NCBI GenBank assembly: GCA_034722955.1
Contig: JAYEOM010000069.1
Span: 1-41,767, forward strand
DNA from: Campylobacterota bacterium
GTDB taxonomy: Bacteria; Campylobacterota; Campylobacteria; Campylobacterales; Sulfurovaceae
Reading direction: 5' to 3'
Length of the DNA stretch: 41,767 bases
Below, piece after piece: positions 28,309 through 38,033 of this stretch. The position numbers and the translations under genes were made by a program. The notes under the pieces were generated by a model, which worked only from the letters and a program-made list of their open reading frames with translations, was not told the DNA's origin and ran no database searches. Positions within the stretch are counted from its first letter, which is position 1; every line of letters begins with the position of its first letter.

Positions 28309-29436
28309 CTATATCTCATCCATCAGCAATTTGACCCTCTGCAACGCTTCGCGTGTTTTCTCCTCTTCATAGACTAGTGCCAAACGGACAAATCCCCTAC
28401 CCTGCCCATCTCTGCCTAGATAACTTCCTGGGATTACTTTGAGATTGTAGTCTCTATAGAGTCGTATAGTAAAATTTATCTCATCCTCAACCCTCAACCA
28501 GATATAAAAAGTAGCTTCAGGGGTATCTACCCCCAATATCTCTCTTGCCAACTCAAAGTTACGGATATATTTTTGACGGAAAATTTCGACATGGGTCTGA
28601 TCTGCCCAAGCTGCAGCAGATGCATACTGTAGCGGCAGAGGTGAAGCGGATCCCACATAGGTACGATAGACCATATAGTCTTTCAATATCCGAGCATCAC
28701 CAGCTATAAATCCACTACGCAATCCAGGAGCAGAGGAGCGTTTGGAGATAGAGTTGACAACCAAAATATTTTTGAACTCCTCATTGCCCACCTCTATGCT
28801 GGCATTGAGCAGTGATGGCAATGGCTCTTTTAGATATAGATCAGCATAACACTCATCGTTGAGGAGGACAAAATCATACTTGAGTGCCAGTTTTACCCAG
28901 ACTTTGAATCTCTCCATATTTATAACTGAAGAGGTGGGATTGTTGGGTGAGTTGAGGATCACAAAGTCACAACGACTCAACGCCTCTTCGTCTACCATAG
29001 GCTGAAAACCACTCTCTCTATCAAGATCGAGATAGATCACCTCTGCTCTACTCGCTTTTGCCGCCCCCTCATATATCTGATAGAATGGGTTTGGAAATGC
29101 CATTACAGGATTTGCTATATCATAGAGTAGAAACTGCGGAAAGTTAAAGAGAACTTCCCGTGTCCCAAAAGTAGGGATGATTTGACTATTGTCCAACTCC
29201 AAATCAAAACGATTTTTGAGATATGAGAGCATCCCGTCACGAAGCACTGCTTCACCTGCTGTCTTGGGATATTTGTTGAGCAGTGATGCATGCTGATCTA
29301 GAGCATCCAAGATAAATGATGGTGTCTCAAACTGAGGCTCACCAATCGTCAAACTCAATGGGGTATACTCTTCATTTGGACAGATATCGCTCAGTAGAAG
29401 ATTCAATTTTTCAAAAGGGTATGTTTCAAAATTCAC
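28309..29436 (-). CDS. dapC: Succinyldiaminopimelate transaminase
   Basis: YPFEKL, LTIGEP, GTREVLF, PNPFYQIYEGAA, SISKRSSAPGLRSGF. Confidence 0.9.
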   Translation of the reverse strand: MNFETYPFEKLNLLLSDICPNEEYTPLSLTIGEPQFETPSFILDALDQHASLLNKYPKTAGEAVLRDGMLSYLKNRFDLELDNSQIIPTFGTREVLFNFPQFLLYDIANPVMAFPNPFYQIYEGAAKASRAEVIYLDLDRESGFQPMVDEEALSRCDFVILNSPNNPTSSVINMERFKVWVKLALKYDFVLLNDECYADLYLKEPLPSLLNASIEVGNEEFKNILVVNSISKRSSAPGLRSGFIAGDARILKDYMVYRTYVGSASPLPLQYASAAAWADQTHVEIFRQKYIRNFELAREILGVDTPEATFYIWLRVEDEINFTIRLYRDYNLKVIPGSYLGRDGQGRGFVRLALVYEEEKTREALQRVKLLMDEI

Positions 29437-29555
29437 AACTGTTGCCTATTTTTTGAAGACATTTTAACAAAATATTCCCTTGGAGTAGCCTTACTATTGT
29501 ATATTTCGTGTTTAATGCTATAATCATCTCCAGAAAACCCAAAATGGAGTTCATA

Positions 29556-31523
29556 ATGAAAATAGTGATTTGGATACTTCTCCTACTGACACTACTCAAT
29601 GCCACAGCCAAAGAGATCACAGATCCCTATCAAAATATCAACTATTTCAAGCTTGATAATGGACTGAGTGTCTATCTGTTGAGTGATGAAAAAGCAGTCA
29701 ATACACAGATATCACTCACGGTCAAAGTCGGATATGATCTGGAGGATAGTGAGAACTATGGTCTCTCTCATCTGGTAGAACATATGGTATTTCGGGATCA
29801 GAGAGTCCCCCATCATGACTATCTGGACTACATCAAAGAGGAGGGAGGTACCTATGTCAACGGCTATACCAAACGCTATGAGACGGGCTATGTAGCTACT
29901 ATAGAGAGTGCCAAATCCTACTGGATCACTGATATATTTGCCCAGATGATTTTCGACAAAAATGTAACAGATAGAGATTTGAGTATCGAAAAGGGAGCAC
30001 TTCAGACAGAGATAGGTGAATCTCACTGGTATATCAAGCTTCTATGGTCTGTCGGAGAGTTTTTCAAGGGGATCTCTCCGGTAGCAGAGGATTTTTCAAG
30101 GGATGAATTTTCTCTTGCCAAGCTCAAAGATCTGCCGGCATCATACCACGCCCAAGAGAACAACCAAAACTTTACCCTTGATGAAGTGATGCAACACTAC
30201 AGAACCTACTACTATCCTGCCAATATGACTCTCTCCATCGCAGGTAACTTCTCTACACCGAAGATGAAGAGACTCATAGAGGAGAGATATGGCAAGATCG
30301 ACAGCAAAGGGACTCTATGGACTATCAAACCACCTAAAAATCCAATACTCAATCACAAACCATATCGCCGTTTTTATGAAGGAGCTGATGAAAATGCAGG
30401 ATATATAGGTGCAAAATATATACTAGATGACTACAGGAAGTATCTCATCCTATCTAGCTATACAGACAATTTGGCACAACGGTTGCAACAGCAGATGCGC
30501 AACAGGGATGGTAGATCATATAGTGTCAACGCCTATATGTTTCATGACAGACATGCCGGCACCTCTACAGTATCGTTTGATGGGCTCAATAGTGAGTTTC
30601 AAAGCAACATCAACCAAGTCAAAGCGACTATCGCAGCAGATTTGGAACATCTTGATGATAGCACTATCACCGAAGCACTTAACAACTATATCCAAAAGTA
30701 CTACGCATCTATCGAACATGATAGTGCCTCACTCATGGCACTTATAGGTACAGCCAAGTATCTGCGAGATGAACATAATATCACAGACAGGAGCTCATTT
30801 GAAATCTTTCGCTCTATCACGCCAGAACTCTTCAGAGAGACAATATCCAAGACATTTACCCCCGAAAACAGCTATAGTTACATCCAGAGGGATTACTACT
30901 TTTTTCCTCTTGAGATGATTGTTATCTCTATTTTATCCTTAATACTTTTTTTCTTTGTCTACTTTAGACTCTATCGTATCGATCTGATAAAAGAGGGGAT
31001 TGTTTATACTCATAGAGATATCATAATGCAACGAAGACTCAGTAACCGATTTATCGGTTTTTTAGTTTTTTTGATAGTGATGATGGCTGCATCATTCTCT
31101 TGGGAGTGGATCAAGTATATACTCTTTGATGCCCTATTTGGTGACCCCTTCTACCTACTGACGATTGATGTACCATACAGCTATATCGCTACTGTAGCTG
31201 ATCCTATCTGCTATATGATGATATTTGTCCTCATGTATCGCTATCTCTTTAGCTACTATGCACGCATAGATATCGTCCAAGATAACATATATGCCATAGG
31301 TAGCCGTGTAAAAGCCTACCCTAGAGATGAGATCAAAGAGATCAGCACTGTAGCTTGGCATCCGAGATACTTTGGTAAAACGCTAGGCTCTGCTATGCGA
31401 TTTTGGAAACCTTTGATTCACATAGATATGATGGATGGAGGGGTCTCTTATCTCAGAGCTGATCGGGCCAAACATCTAGAGGAGGATCTCAACGGATGGC
31501 TCAACAACTCTGATAATAAGTAA
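29556..31523 (+). CDS. M16 (insulinase) family metallopeptidase with signal peptide and C-terminal membrane domain
   Basis: FKLDNGL, GLSHLVEHMVF (HxxEH), YYYPANMTLSIAG; three hydrophobic helices near the C-terminus; TGCTATAAT at 29516-29524. Confidence 0.88.
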   Translation: MKIVIWILLLLTLLNATAKEITDPYQNINYFKLDNGLSVYLLSDEKAVNTQISLTVKVGYDLEDSENYGLSHLVEHMVFRDQRVPHHDYLDYIKEEGGTYVNGYTKRYETGYVATIESAKSYWITDIFAQMIFDKNVTDRDLSIEKGALQTEIGESHWYIKLLWSVGEFFKGISPVAEDFSRDEFSLAKLKDLPASYHAQENNQNFTLDEVMQHYRTYYYPANMTLSIAGNFSTPKMKRLIEERYGKIDSKGTLWTIKPPKNPILNHKPYRRFYEGADENAGYIGAKYILDDYRKYLILSSYTDNLAQRLQQQMRNRDGRSYSVNAYMFHDRHAGTSTVSFDGLNSEFQSNINQVKATIAADLEHLDDSTITEALNNYIQKYYASIEHDSASLMALIGTAKYLRDEHNITDRSSFEIFRSITPELFRETISKTFTPENSYSYIQRDYYFFPLEMIVISILSLILFFFVYFRLYRIDLIKEGIVYTHRDIIMQRRLSNRFIGFLVFLIVMMAASFSWEWIKYILFDALFGDPFYLLTIDVPYSYIATVADPICYMMIFVLMYRYLFSYYARIDIVQDNIYAIGSRVKAYPRDEIKEISTVAWHPRYFGKTLGSAMRFWKPLIHIDMMDGGVSYLRADRAKHLEEDLNGWLNNSDNK

Positions 31524-31534
31524 GAAAAAGAAAG

Positions 31535-32779
31535 ATGAAAAAGCTAGATAGATATGATCTCATCGTCATAGGCTCAGGTGCAGCAGGGATGATGGCGGCG
31601 ATCAGAGCAGCTAGAGATGACAGGAGTGTTTTACTGCTCGAAAAACTCTCCGAGATAGGTGCCAAGCTCAAAGCGACAGGCGGTGGCAGATGCAACTTGA
31701 CCAACACTCTTGACAGTGATACATTTATGGAGAGCTTTGGAAGAGAGGGGCGGTTTATGACTCCTGCTCTTGGGGCTATGGATCACCAAGCTCTTATCTC
31801 ATTTTTTGAGCAGATAGGTGTCGATTGTCATGCACCGGATGGATTTCATGTCTTTCCACTAACACATAGTGCCAAGACGATCATCCATGCACTCGCAGAG
31901 GAGATGAATCGACTAGGTGTAGAGGTACTCTCTTCTCAAAAAGTAGAGAGACTACTCTATGACAAAGAGCAGATCACTGGTGTAGCGACTAAGAGGGAGG
32001 ATTTTTATAGCCCAAGTGTCATCATCGCTACAGGGGGTCAAGGATACCCTATGCTCGGAGCCGAGGGTGACGGATATGCCTTGGGTAAATCCGTAGGACA
32101 TAGTGTCACAGCACTATATCCTGCCATGATGCCACTCAAAACTAGAGAAAAGTGGGTAGCCTCTTGCCGAGCCGACACTATCCCAAAAGTCAAACTTATC
32201 GTCAACATCAAAAAATATAGAAAACTACAAGCCACAGGGGATCTCATATTTACCAAAGATGGGATCCGTGGACCTGTAGTACTCGATCTCTCCAGAGAGA
32301 TCACACCGATCTTGAGCAGACTAGGAGAAGTTCCTCTGCTGATGAATCTAACCAGAGGTATGAATGAGGAGCAGATAAGAGTTCACATCCAGTCAGAGCT
32401 TGCTCAAAATCCACATAGAGACACCATCACACTCCTGCAAACACTCTTGCCTGAGAGGTTGGCTATGGTACTCTCCACTTTGGCCAAGATAGAGCCTACT
32501 ATAGGGTGGAGCAGACTACTGGGTATCAACAGAGATAGACTGATCAAACTCTTGGCATGGACACCACTGACTATCACGGGTCATGATGGATTTAGGATGG
32601 CTATGATCACCCGTGGCGGTATCAGCCTCAAAGAGATAGACCCAGAGACTATGCAGAGCAAAAAACTCAAAGGTTTATACTTTTGCGGTGAAGTGGTAAA
32701 TCTCGATGGGCCCTGCGGAGGATACAACCTACAGTGGTCATTTTCCAGCGGATATTTGGCAGGGGCTATCCTAGGATAG
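31535..32779 (+). CDS. HI0933/BaiN-family FAD-dependent oxidoreductase
   Basis: IGSGAAG, TGGGRCNLTN, IATGG, GPCGGYNLQ. Confidence 0.92.
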   Translation: MKKLDRYDLIVIGSGAAGMMAAIRAARDDRSVLLLEKLSEIGAKLKATGGGRCNLTNTLDSDTFMESFGREGRFMTPALGAMDHQALISFFEQIGVDCHAPDGFHVFPLTHSAKTIIHALAEEMNRLGVEVLSSQKVERLLYDKEQITGVATKREDFYSPSVIIATGGQGYPMLGAEGDGYALGKSVGHSVTALYPAMMPLKTREKWVASCRADTIPKVKLIVNIKKYRKLQATGDLIFTKDGIRGPVVLDLSREITPILSRLGEVPLLMNLTRGMNEEQIRVHIQSELAQNPHRDTITLLQTLLPERLAMVLSTLAKIEPTIGWSRLLGINRDRLIKLLAWTPLTITGHDGFRMAMITRGGISLKEIDPETMQSKKLKGLYFCGEVVNLDGPCGGYNLQWSFSSGYLAGAILG

Positions 32780-32831
32780 TCAATTTTCTGTTATACTATG
32801 AGATGATTTTATTTTGAATTAAAGGATTAGA

Positions 32832-33707
32832 ATGTCAGCAGGTTTTTTTGCCGTATTTGATGATATAGCGATGCTTCTCGATGATGCGGCGGCGATGAGT
32901 AAAGTAGCCACCCAAAAGACAGCAGGAATACTCGGAGATGATCTCGCAGTAAACGCACAAAAAGCCTCAGGATTTGCAGCATCCAGAGAGCTGCCCGTAC
33001 TCTGGGCTATCTCCAAAGGATCTATGATCAACAAATTGATCATTTTACCTTTTGCTTTTCTGCTCAGTGCTTTTGCACCTTGGTCGATCATCCCTATATT
33101 GATGATAGGTGGAGTATATCTAGCGTTTGAGGGTGCAGAGAAGATATATGAGTATTTTACTTCGCACCCCCAACACGAACGAAAACTTGACCTCACACCC
33201 CGTTCGGAGGAGGAGATACTAGAACATGAAAAGAAGAAGATCAAGTCAGCGATAGTGACAGACTTTATCCTATCTGTAGAGATCATCATCATAGCTCTAG
33301 GGACAGTTGTCGATCAAACACTTCCTATCCAGATCTTGGTCGTATCCTTCGTAGCTACTATAGCAACGATAGGTGTTTATGGTATCGTTGCTATGATCAT
33401 CAGGATGGATGATGTAGGATTCAAGATGATAGAGGTGGGTGAGAGAAAGAAGAGAAGGTATATGACAAAAATCGGTCAGCATCTAGTCTTGGCACTCCCT
33501 GGAGTCATAAAGGCATTGACTGTTATCGGAACAGTAGCTATGCTCCTCGTAGCGGGAGGTATCTTTGTTCACAATGTCCCTGCCATTCATCATGCTATAG
33601 AGTTTATACCTAGTATTTTAGGAGAGCTATTGATAGGGGCTGTAGTCGGATTGATCGCCTTAGTAGCAGAAAAGGGAGTTATGAGAGTCAAAGAGAACTA
33701 TGCGTAA
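32832..33707 (+). CDS. DUF808 (YedI-like) inner membrane protein
   Basis: DDIA, GDDLAVNA, RELPVLWAI, TDFILSVEI. Confidence 0.92.
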   Translation: MSAGFFAVFDDIAMLLDDAAAMSKVATQKTAGILGDDLAVNAQKASGFAASRELPVLWAISKGSMINKLIILPFAFLLSAFAPWSIIPILMIGGVYLAFEGAEKIYEYFTSHPQHERKLDLTPRSEEEILEHEKKKIKSAIVTDFILSVEIIIIALGTVVDQTLPIQILVVSFVATIATIGVYGIVAMIIRMDDVGFKMIEVGERKKRRYMTKIGQHLVLALPGVIKALTVIGTVAMLLVAGGIFVHNVPAIHHAIEFIPSILGELLIGAVVGLIALVAEKGVMRVKENYA

Positions 33708-33770
33708 TTCGGGTTATAGCCAGATCTGCTCTTTGCCTTAGTTTGGGTAACCAAAAAAGGATTTTTAAAA

Positions 33771-36611
33771 ATGAAAAAGATAGTAGTGATATTGATTTTG
33801 CTATGCAGTAGCATATCCGCAACCGAAGCGATCCTGCAACTAGACACTGGTGGACATACAGCCCTAATATGGGATGTTGTAGCCACCAAATCAGGAGATA
33901 TAGTCACAGCAAGTGATGATAAAACAATCAGAGTATGGGATAGCAAAAGAGGCAAAGAGAAGAGAAAAATATTAGGACAAATCGGAAAAGGAAGCGAGGG
34001 CAAAATATATGCCATAGCACTGAGTCCAGATGAGAAACAGTTAGCTGTTGGGGGATATGGATTTATAAAAGGTGATCAAAAAACAATTTCAAAAGGAAAA
34101 TCAGGAGGTGAAATAAAAATTTATAATTATAAAACAGGAAAATTAATTAAAAATTTAATATCACACTCGTTAGCAGTCCTTGACCTCTCCTACAGCCCAG
34201 ACTCCAAATACCTAATCTCAGGTTCAGGCGACTTCACGGCAAAAATATGGGATGCCAACTCTCTAAGCCTAGAAGATACAATCACCCACCACACAAAAGA
34301 GGTATATGCAGTAAAAATAGTGAAAGATAAGAATAGATACTTAGCAATAACAGCAGGATTGGACAACCAAATAGCTATATACGATCTGAAAAAGAGAAAA
34401 ACAGTAAAAAAAAAGAGATTAGACTATAAATTAAAATACTTAGCAACCACAAACAAACATATAGCACTGTGCGGATTCGATAAAGAGATACTAATCTACG
34501 ATTACAACTTAAATTTAATAAAAAAAATCAACTCAAAAACAGAACCATCAGGACTCTCCTACTCCCCAAATGGAAAACTCTCAATAGCAGGAACAGGAGC
34601 ATATCCATATAATATAAACATCTACAACCCAGAGCAAAACTACACCCTAACAAACACATTCCAAAAACATAAAAACCTAACCCAAGCCGTAACATTCCTA
34701 AACAACACTATGGCAGTAACAGCAGGAGGAAGTAATAATGAGATCTATATATGGAGTAGCAAATCAACAAAAACAGAAAGAAAAATAGAGGGAGCAGGAG
34801 CAATAGTCTGGAGTGTAGGAGTAAGAGGAGATGAGATAGGTTGGGGGAACAGATGGACAGCAAATTATGGAAAAAGCAGTCTCCAAAAGACCATAAATCT
34901 AAAAACCTTTAGAGTGGGTTTGGCACTGCCAAACAACAAACTCAAGAGAATAGCAACAACAAAAGGGAAATTAACCCTAACTCACACAGGCGGAGGAGAT
35001 TACGGATATAGTGATGGAGTCCTAATCCTAAAAAGAGACCAAAAAGAGATAGCAAGAGTAACAAGAGGCAGTACAAATGGATATAGACATAACTGCTATG
35101 GCTTCTATAAAAACCATATCATATCAGGAGGATCAAACGGACACTTAAAGATCTATAACCAAAAAGGCATAGAGATAGCAAACTTAATAGGACATACAGG
35201 AGAGATATGGAGTATAGCCCTAGACGGAGATAGATTAGTAAGCGGGAGTAGTGACCAGACAATCAAAATATGGAACCTGCACCATATAGAAACAGAAAAA
35301 GAGATCTATCCTCTCCTGAGTCTCTTTGTCTCCAAAGACGATGAGTATGTCATCTGGAGTCAAAGCGGCTACTATGCCTCCAGTGCAGGGGGTGACAAGT
35401 ATGTAGGCTATCATATCAACCAAGGGGTCGACAAAGAGGCTCGATATGTGGGGAGTGATAAATACTTCGATACACTCTACAGACCTGATATCATCCAGCT
35501 GATACTAGATACAGGCAGCCAGAAGAAAGCGATAGCGTTTGCAGACCAAAAACGAAAAGTCCGTCAAGTAGATATCGCCTCTTCTCTACCGCCTGTAGTG
35601 AGTCTGCTGAGTGCATCCCATATCAAAACAGACAAAAACAATATCACCATAGAGTACAGCGTAGAGAGTAAAGAACCCATCAGAAAAACAGTTATTGTGC
35701 TCAACGGCAAACAGCTCAACACCAGATCTATCGTACGAAAAAAGAACCAAACCAAAACTGTAATTGTCGATCTGGAGGATGGTGAAAATATCATCTCCAT
35801 CAAAGCAAAGAACAAGTTTGCCCTGAGTGATGAGATACTGGTCTATGCCAACAAGACAAGCCAGACAGCCGATATCTACAAACCAACCCTATATCTGCTC
35901 AGTATCGGTGTGAGTCAATATAAAAACCCTGAATACAACCTAGGAGTAGCCGACAAGGATGCGGAGTCCATAGCTAGGATGTTTCAAAAACAGAGCGGTA
36001 AACTCTATAAAGAAGTTGTTGTAAAAACACTGGTGAACAGAGAAGCAGACAGTGACAATATACTCGATGGACTGACCTGGATAGATAGGGAAGCGACAAG
36101 TAAAGATGTCGTGATTATCTTTATCGCAGGTCACGGGATCAATGACGATAAAGGTAACTACTACTTCCTCTCCTATGAAGCCAACCTCGACAGACTCAGA
36201 AGAACAGCGGTAAAGTGGACAGAGATACAAGATACGATAGACAATCTGCCATCAAAAATCATCCTGCTAGCAGATACCTGCCATAGTGGAAACATAGCGG
36301 GGATCAGAAGAGACATCACAAGTGCTGTCAAATCTATCATCAACAGCGGTACAGGAAGTATCATTATGACAGCTACAACAGGAAGCGGATACAGCTACGA
36401 ACAACCAGGGTGGGGACATGGTGCATTTACCAAAGCACTACTGGAAGGTATTGATCATACCAAAGCTGATTATGACAAGGACCAAAGTGTATCCATTAAA
36501 GAGATAGACCTCTATGTAACCTCTAGGGTCAAAGAGCTGACCAAAGGCAGACAGAAACCAACTACTATCGTACCAAGAAGCATACCAGACTTTGCTGTGG
36601 GGGTGAAGTAG
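33771..36611 (+). CDS. Exported WD40-repeat protein with C-terminal caspase-like (peptidase C14) domain
   Basis: Signal peptide; GH...SGSxDxTxKIW repeats; LSIGVSQY, IAGHG and ADTCHSG (His/Cys dyad), GHGAFTKAL, QKP. Confidence 0.92.
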   Translation: MKKIVVILILLCSSISATEAILQLDTGGHTALIWDVVATKSGDIVTASDDKTIRVWDSKRGKEKRKILGQIGKGSEGKIYAIALSPDEKQLAVGGYGFIKGDQKTISKGKSGGEIKIYNYKTGKLIKNLISHSLAVLDLSYSPDSKYLISGSGDFTAKIWDANSLSLEDTITHHTKEVYAVKIVKDKNRYLAITAGLDNQIAIYDLKKRKTVKKKRLDYKLKYLATTNKHIALCGFDKEILIYDYNLNLIKKINSKTEPSGLSYSPNGKLSIAGTGAYPYNINIYNPEQNYTLTNTFQKHKNLTQAVTFLNNTMAVTAGGSNNEIYIWSSKSTKTERKIEGAGAIVWSVGVRGDEIGWGNRWTANYGKSSLQKTINLKTFRVGLALPNNKLKRIATTKGKLTLTHTGGGDYGYSDGVLILKRDQKEIARVTRGSTNGYRHNCYGFYKNHIISGGSNGHLKIYNQKGIEIANLIGHTGEIWSIALDGDRLVSGSSDQTIKIWNLHHIETEKEIYPLLSLFVSKDDEYVIWSQSGYYASSAGGDKYVGYHINQGVDKEARYVGSDKYFDTLYRPDIIQLILDTGSQKKAIAFADQKRKVRQVDIASSLPPVVSLLSASHIKTDKNNITIEYSVESKEPIRKTVIVLNGKQLNTRSIVRKKNQTKTVIVDLEDGENIISIKAKNKFALSDEILVYANKTSQTADIYKPTLYLLSIGVSQYKNPEYNLGVADKDAESIARMFQKQSGKLYKEVVVKTLVNREADSDNILDGLTWIDREATSKDVVIIFIAGHGINDDKGNYYFLSYEANLDRLRRTAVKWTEIQDTIDNLPSKIILLADTCHSGNIAGIRRDITSAVKSIINSGTGSIIMTATTGSGYSYEQPGWGHGAFTKALLEGIDHTKADYDKDQSVSIKEIDLYVTSRVKELTKGRQKPTTIVPRSIPDFAVGVK
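34914..34934 (+). repeat. REP-like hairpin inside the WD40-caspase gene
   Basis: GTGG foot followed by the GTTTGGCA-C-TGCCAAAC palindrome. Confidence 0.55.
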
Positions 36612-36683
36612 ATACACTGCACCCAAAAACAGACACCCAAATTGATAATAGTATTTGTCTCTTTTTTACTTTGGAATTATGTC

Positions 36684-36718
36684 ATAAAAGTGGATATTTA
36701 ACGGCAGGGGTGAATGGC
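36684..36718 (+). repeat. 35-bp dispersed repeat, copy 2
   Basis: 33/35 identical to 2878-2912; followed by CCTGACCCTAAG (36725-36736), also present at 2815-2826. Confidence 0.9.
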
Positions 36719-36762
36719 TCAACGCCTGACCCTAAGGTTGAGAGGGGGCAGAAGGTAAATAG

Positions 36763-36951
36763 TTACGCATAGCGAAGAAAAAGTCCTATAGATAGAGATA
36801 GCAGCAGGATGATGAAAAACATCAGTGGGTTATACCACTTCTCAGGAACAGGTATCTTGCTATCTATCCATTCAGTGATCTTCATGGCAGGAAATATCAT
36901 AAAGATCAGCATAACAATACTGAAAACCAGTGTCAAAACAATATTTAACAT
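36763..36951 (-). CDS. Small two-TM hypothetical protein
   Basis: 62 aa, two hydrophobic helices, 3 bp downstream of the upstream ORF. Confidence 0.75.
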   Translation of the reverse strand: MLNIVLTLVFSIVMLIFMIFPAMKITEWIDSKIPVPEKWYNPLMFFIILLLSLSIGLFLRYA

Positions 36952-36954
36952 CTG

Positions 36955-37350
36955 TCAAATACCGTAAAAGTGGTGGACAAAATCTATCTCATCTTGACTC
37001 TCTAAAGAGATGATATTTACTCTGCTGCCATTATCATCAAGTATGATCAGTTTAGAGTTGTCAAGCTTGAGATGTTTTTTGCCCCACTCCTTTTCTAGCT
37101 CGTCAAGCCTGTGAAATAGTTCGACATTATCGGGCTTCTCCTTGAACTCTTCATCGTCTCTACTCTTGATATTTAGACCACCTACTCGTTTATCTATATA
37201 GTATGGGCTATATTTTTTGACCTCTTGGTAGACTCGTTTGTTTTTTGATTCAGGTTGACTTTTGATCAAGGTGTTGATACCTATGATCAGAAAACCGGCA
37301 GCCATTACCCAGATGAGATATTTTCGTACTGCTTTTAAGTATTTTTCCAT
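36955..37350 (-). CDS. Hypothetical membrane-anchored protein
   Basis: One N-terminal TM helix followed by a soluble domain (YSPYYIDKRVGGL). Confidence 0.8.
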   Translation of the reverse strand: MEKYLKAVRKYLIWVMAAGFLIIGINTLIKSQPESKNKRVYQEVKKYSPYYIDKRVGGLNIKSRDDEEFKEKPDNVELFHRLDELEKEWGKKHLKLDNSKLIILDDNGSRVNIISLESQDEIDFVHHFYGI

Positions 37351-37411
37351 AGTGTTGCAAAGCCTTATCTTATATTTTTTTGTAGTATAGAGAGTTTAAT
37401 TTAAAGTCTGC

Positions 37412-37425
37412 TTGATAAATATCAA
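37412..37425. promoter_or_regulatory. CRP/FNR-family (Dnr/NssR-type) binding site
   Basis: Perfect TTGAT-AAAT-ATCAA; TGaTATTAT -10 at 37445-37453. Confidence 0.85.
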
Positions 37426-37498
37426 TTTGCCTTGATATAAAGTATGATATTATCCAATAATACAAAAATCATAACAAAAAGATAGGAGTAGCTGGTAT

Positions 37499-37864
37499 AT
37501 GCAAAAATTTTTTATTTTAGAGGGTGGATACCTGATACTTGGTTTTATCATTATCTTGGTGACACTATTTGTTACGACTAGACCATTTATGTCTAAAGGT
37601 GCAGTAAAGAGAGGATTGATAGGGGTCACTTTGGTATTGGCTATCTTTATCGGTGGTCACTTCTATGCGACAACAAGTCGTATGACAGCAGTCAAGAGTG
37701 CATTTGAAAATGATCAAATTGTCATATGTGAGAGTCGTATGCAGCGAAAAGCAGCACAAACTGTTATGGTTCAAAAGTCAAATGAGTGGTTTATGGATGG
37801 TGATAACTTTACCTCACCCAACTACAGCAGACCGTTCTTCTCTGCGAGATGTATCGTTAAGTAA
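37499..37864 (+). CDS. Hypothetical two-TM membrane protein
   Basis: AGGAG RBS, two TM helices, C-terminal domain with two Cys. Confidence 0.8.
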   Translation: MQKFFILEGGYLILGFIIILVTLFVTTRPFMSKGAVKRGLIGVTLVLAIFIGGHFYATTSRMTAVKSAFENDQIVICESRMQRKAAQTVMVQKSNEWFMDGDNFTSPNYSRPFFSARCIVK

Positions 37865-37878
37865 TTGACCATCATCAA
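37865..37878. promoter_or_regulatory. CRP/FNR-family binding site (distal)
   Basis: TTGAC-CATC-ATCAA. Confidence 0.6.
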
Positions 37879-37900
37879 GAGGTGTTTTGCACCTCATTTT
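37879..37900 (+). terminator. Probable intrinsic terminator
   Basis: GAGGTG-TTTTG-CACCTC followed by ATTTT. Confidence 0.5.
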
Positions 37901-37950
37901 GTTAAGATTAGACTAACTTCTTTTTTTAAATTTCCAAAATATTCACTTTC

Positions 37951-37964
37951 TTGACACATATCAA
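37951..37964. promoter_or_regulatory. CRP/FNR-family binding site of the nor operon promoter
   Basis: TTGAC-ACAT-ATCAA; TGtCATAAT -10 at 37984-37992. Confidence 0.8.
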
Positions 37965-38033
37965 TTTCTTTCAAGCAGGAAACTGTCATAATTCAGAATG
38001 CTTGTGTAAATGAGTAGATGAAAGGATACATTG

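Noticed and set aside
3653..33292. Numerous short ORFs overlapping core genes (e.g. 6915-7352, 22690-23091, 32819-33292)
   Set aside because: They lie antisense to, or out of frame within, well-supported genes and lack RBS or family motifs.
33771..35310. Diversity-generating retroelement as the cause of the A-rich WD40 region
   Set aside because: No reverse transcriptase and no template/variable repeat pair are visible, and DGR mutagenesis removes adenines rather than enriching them.
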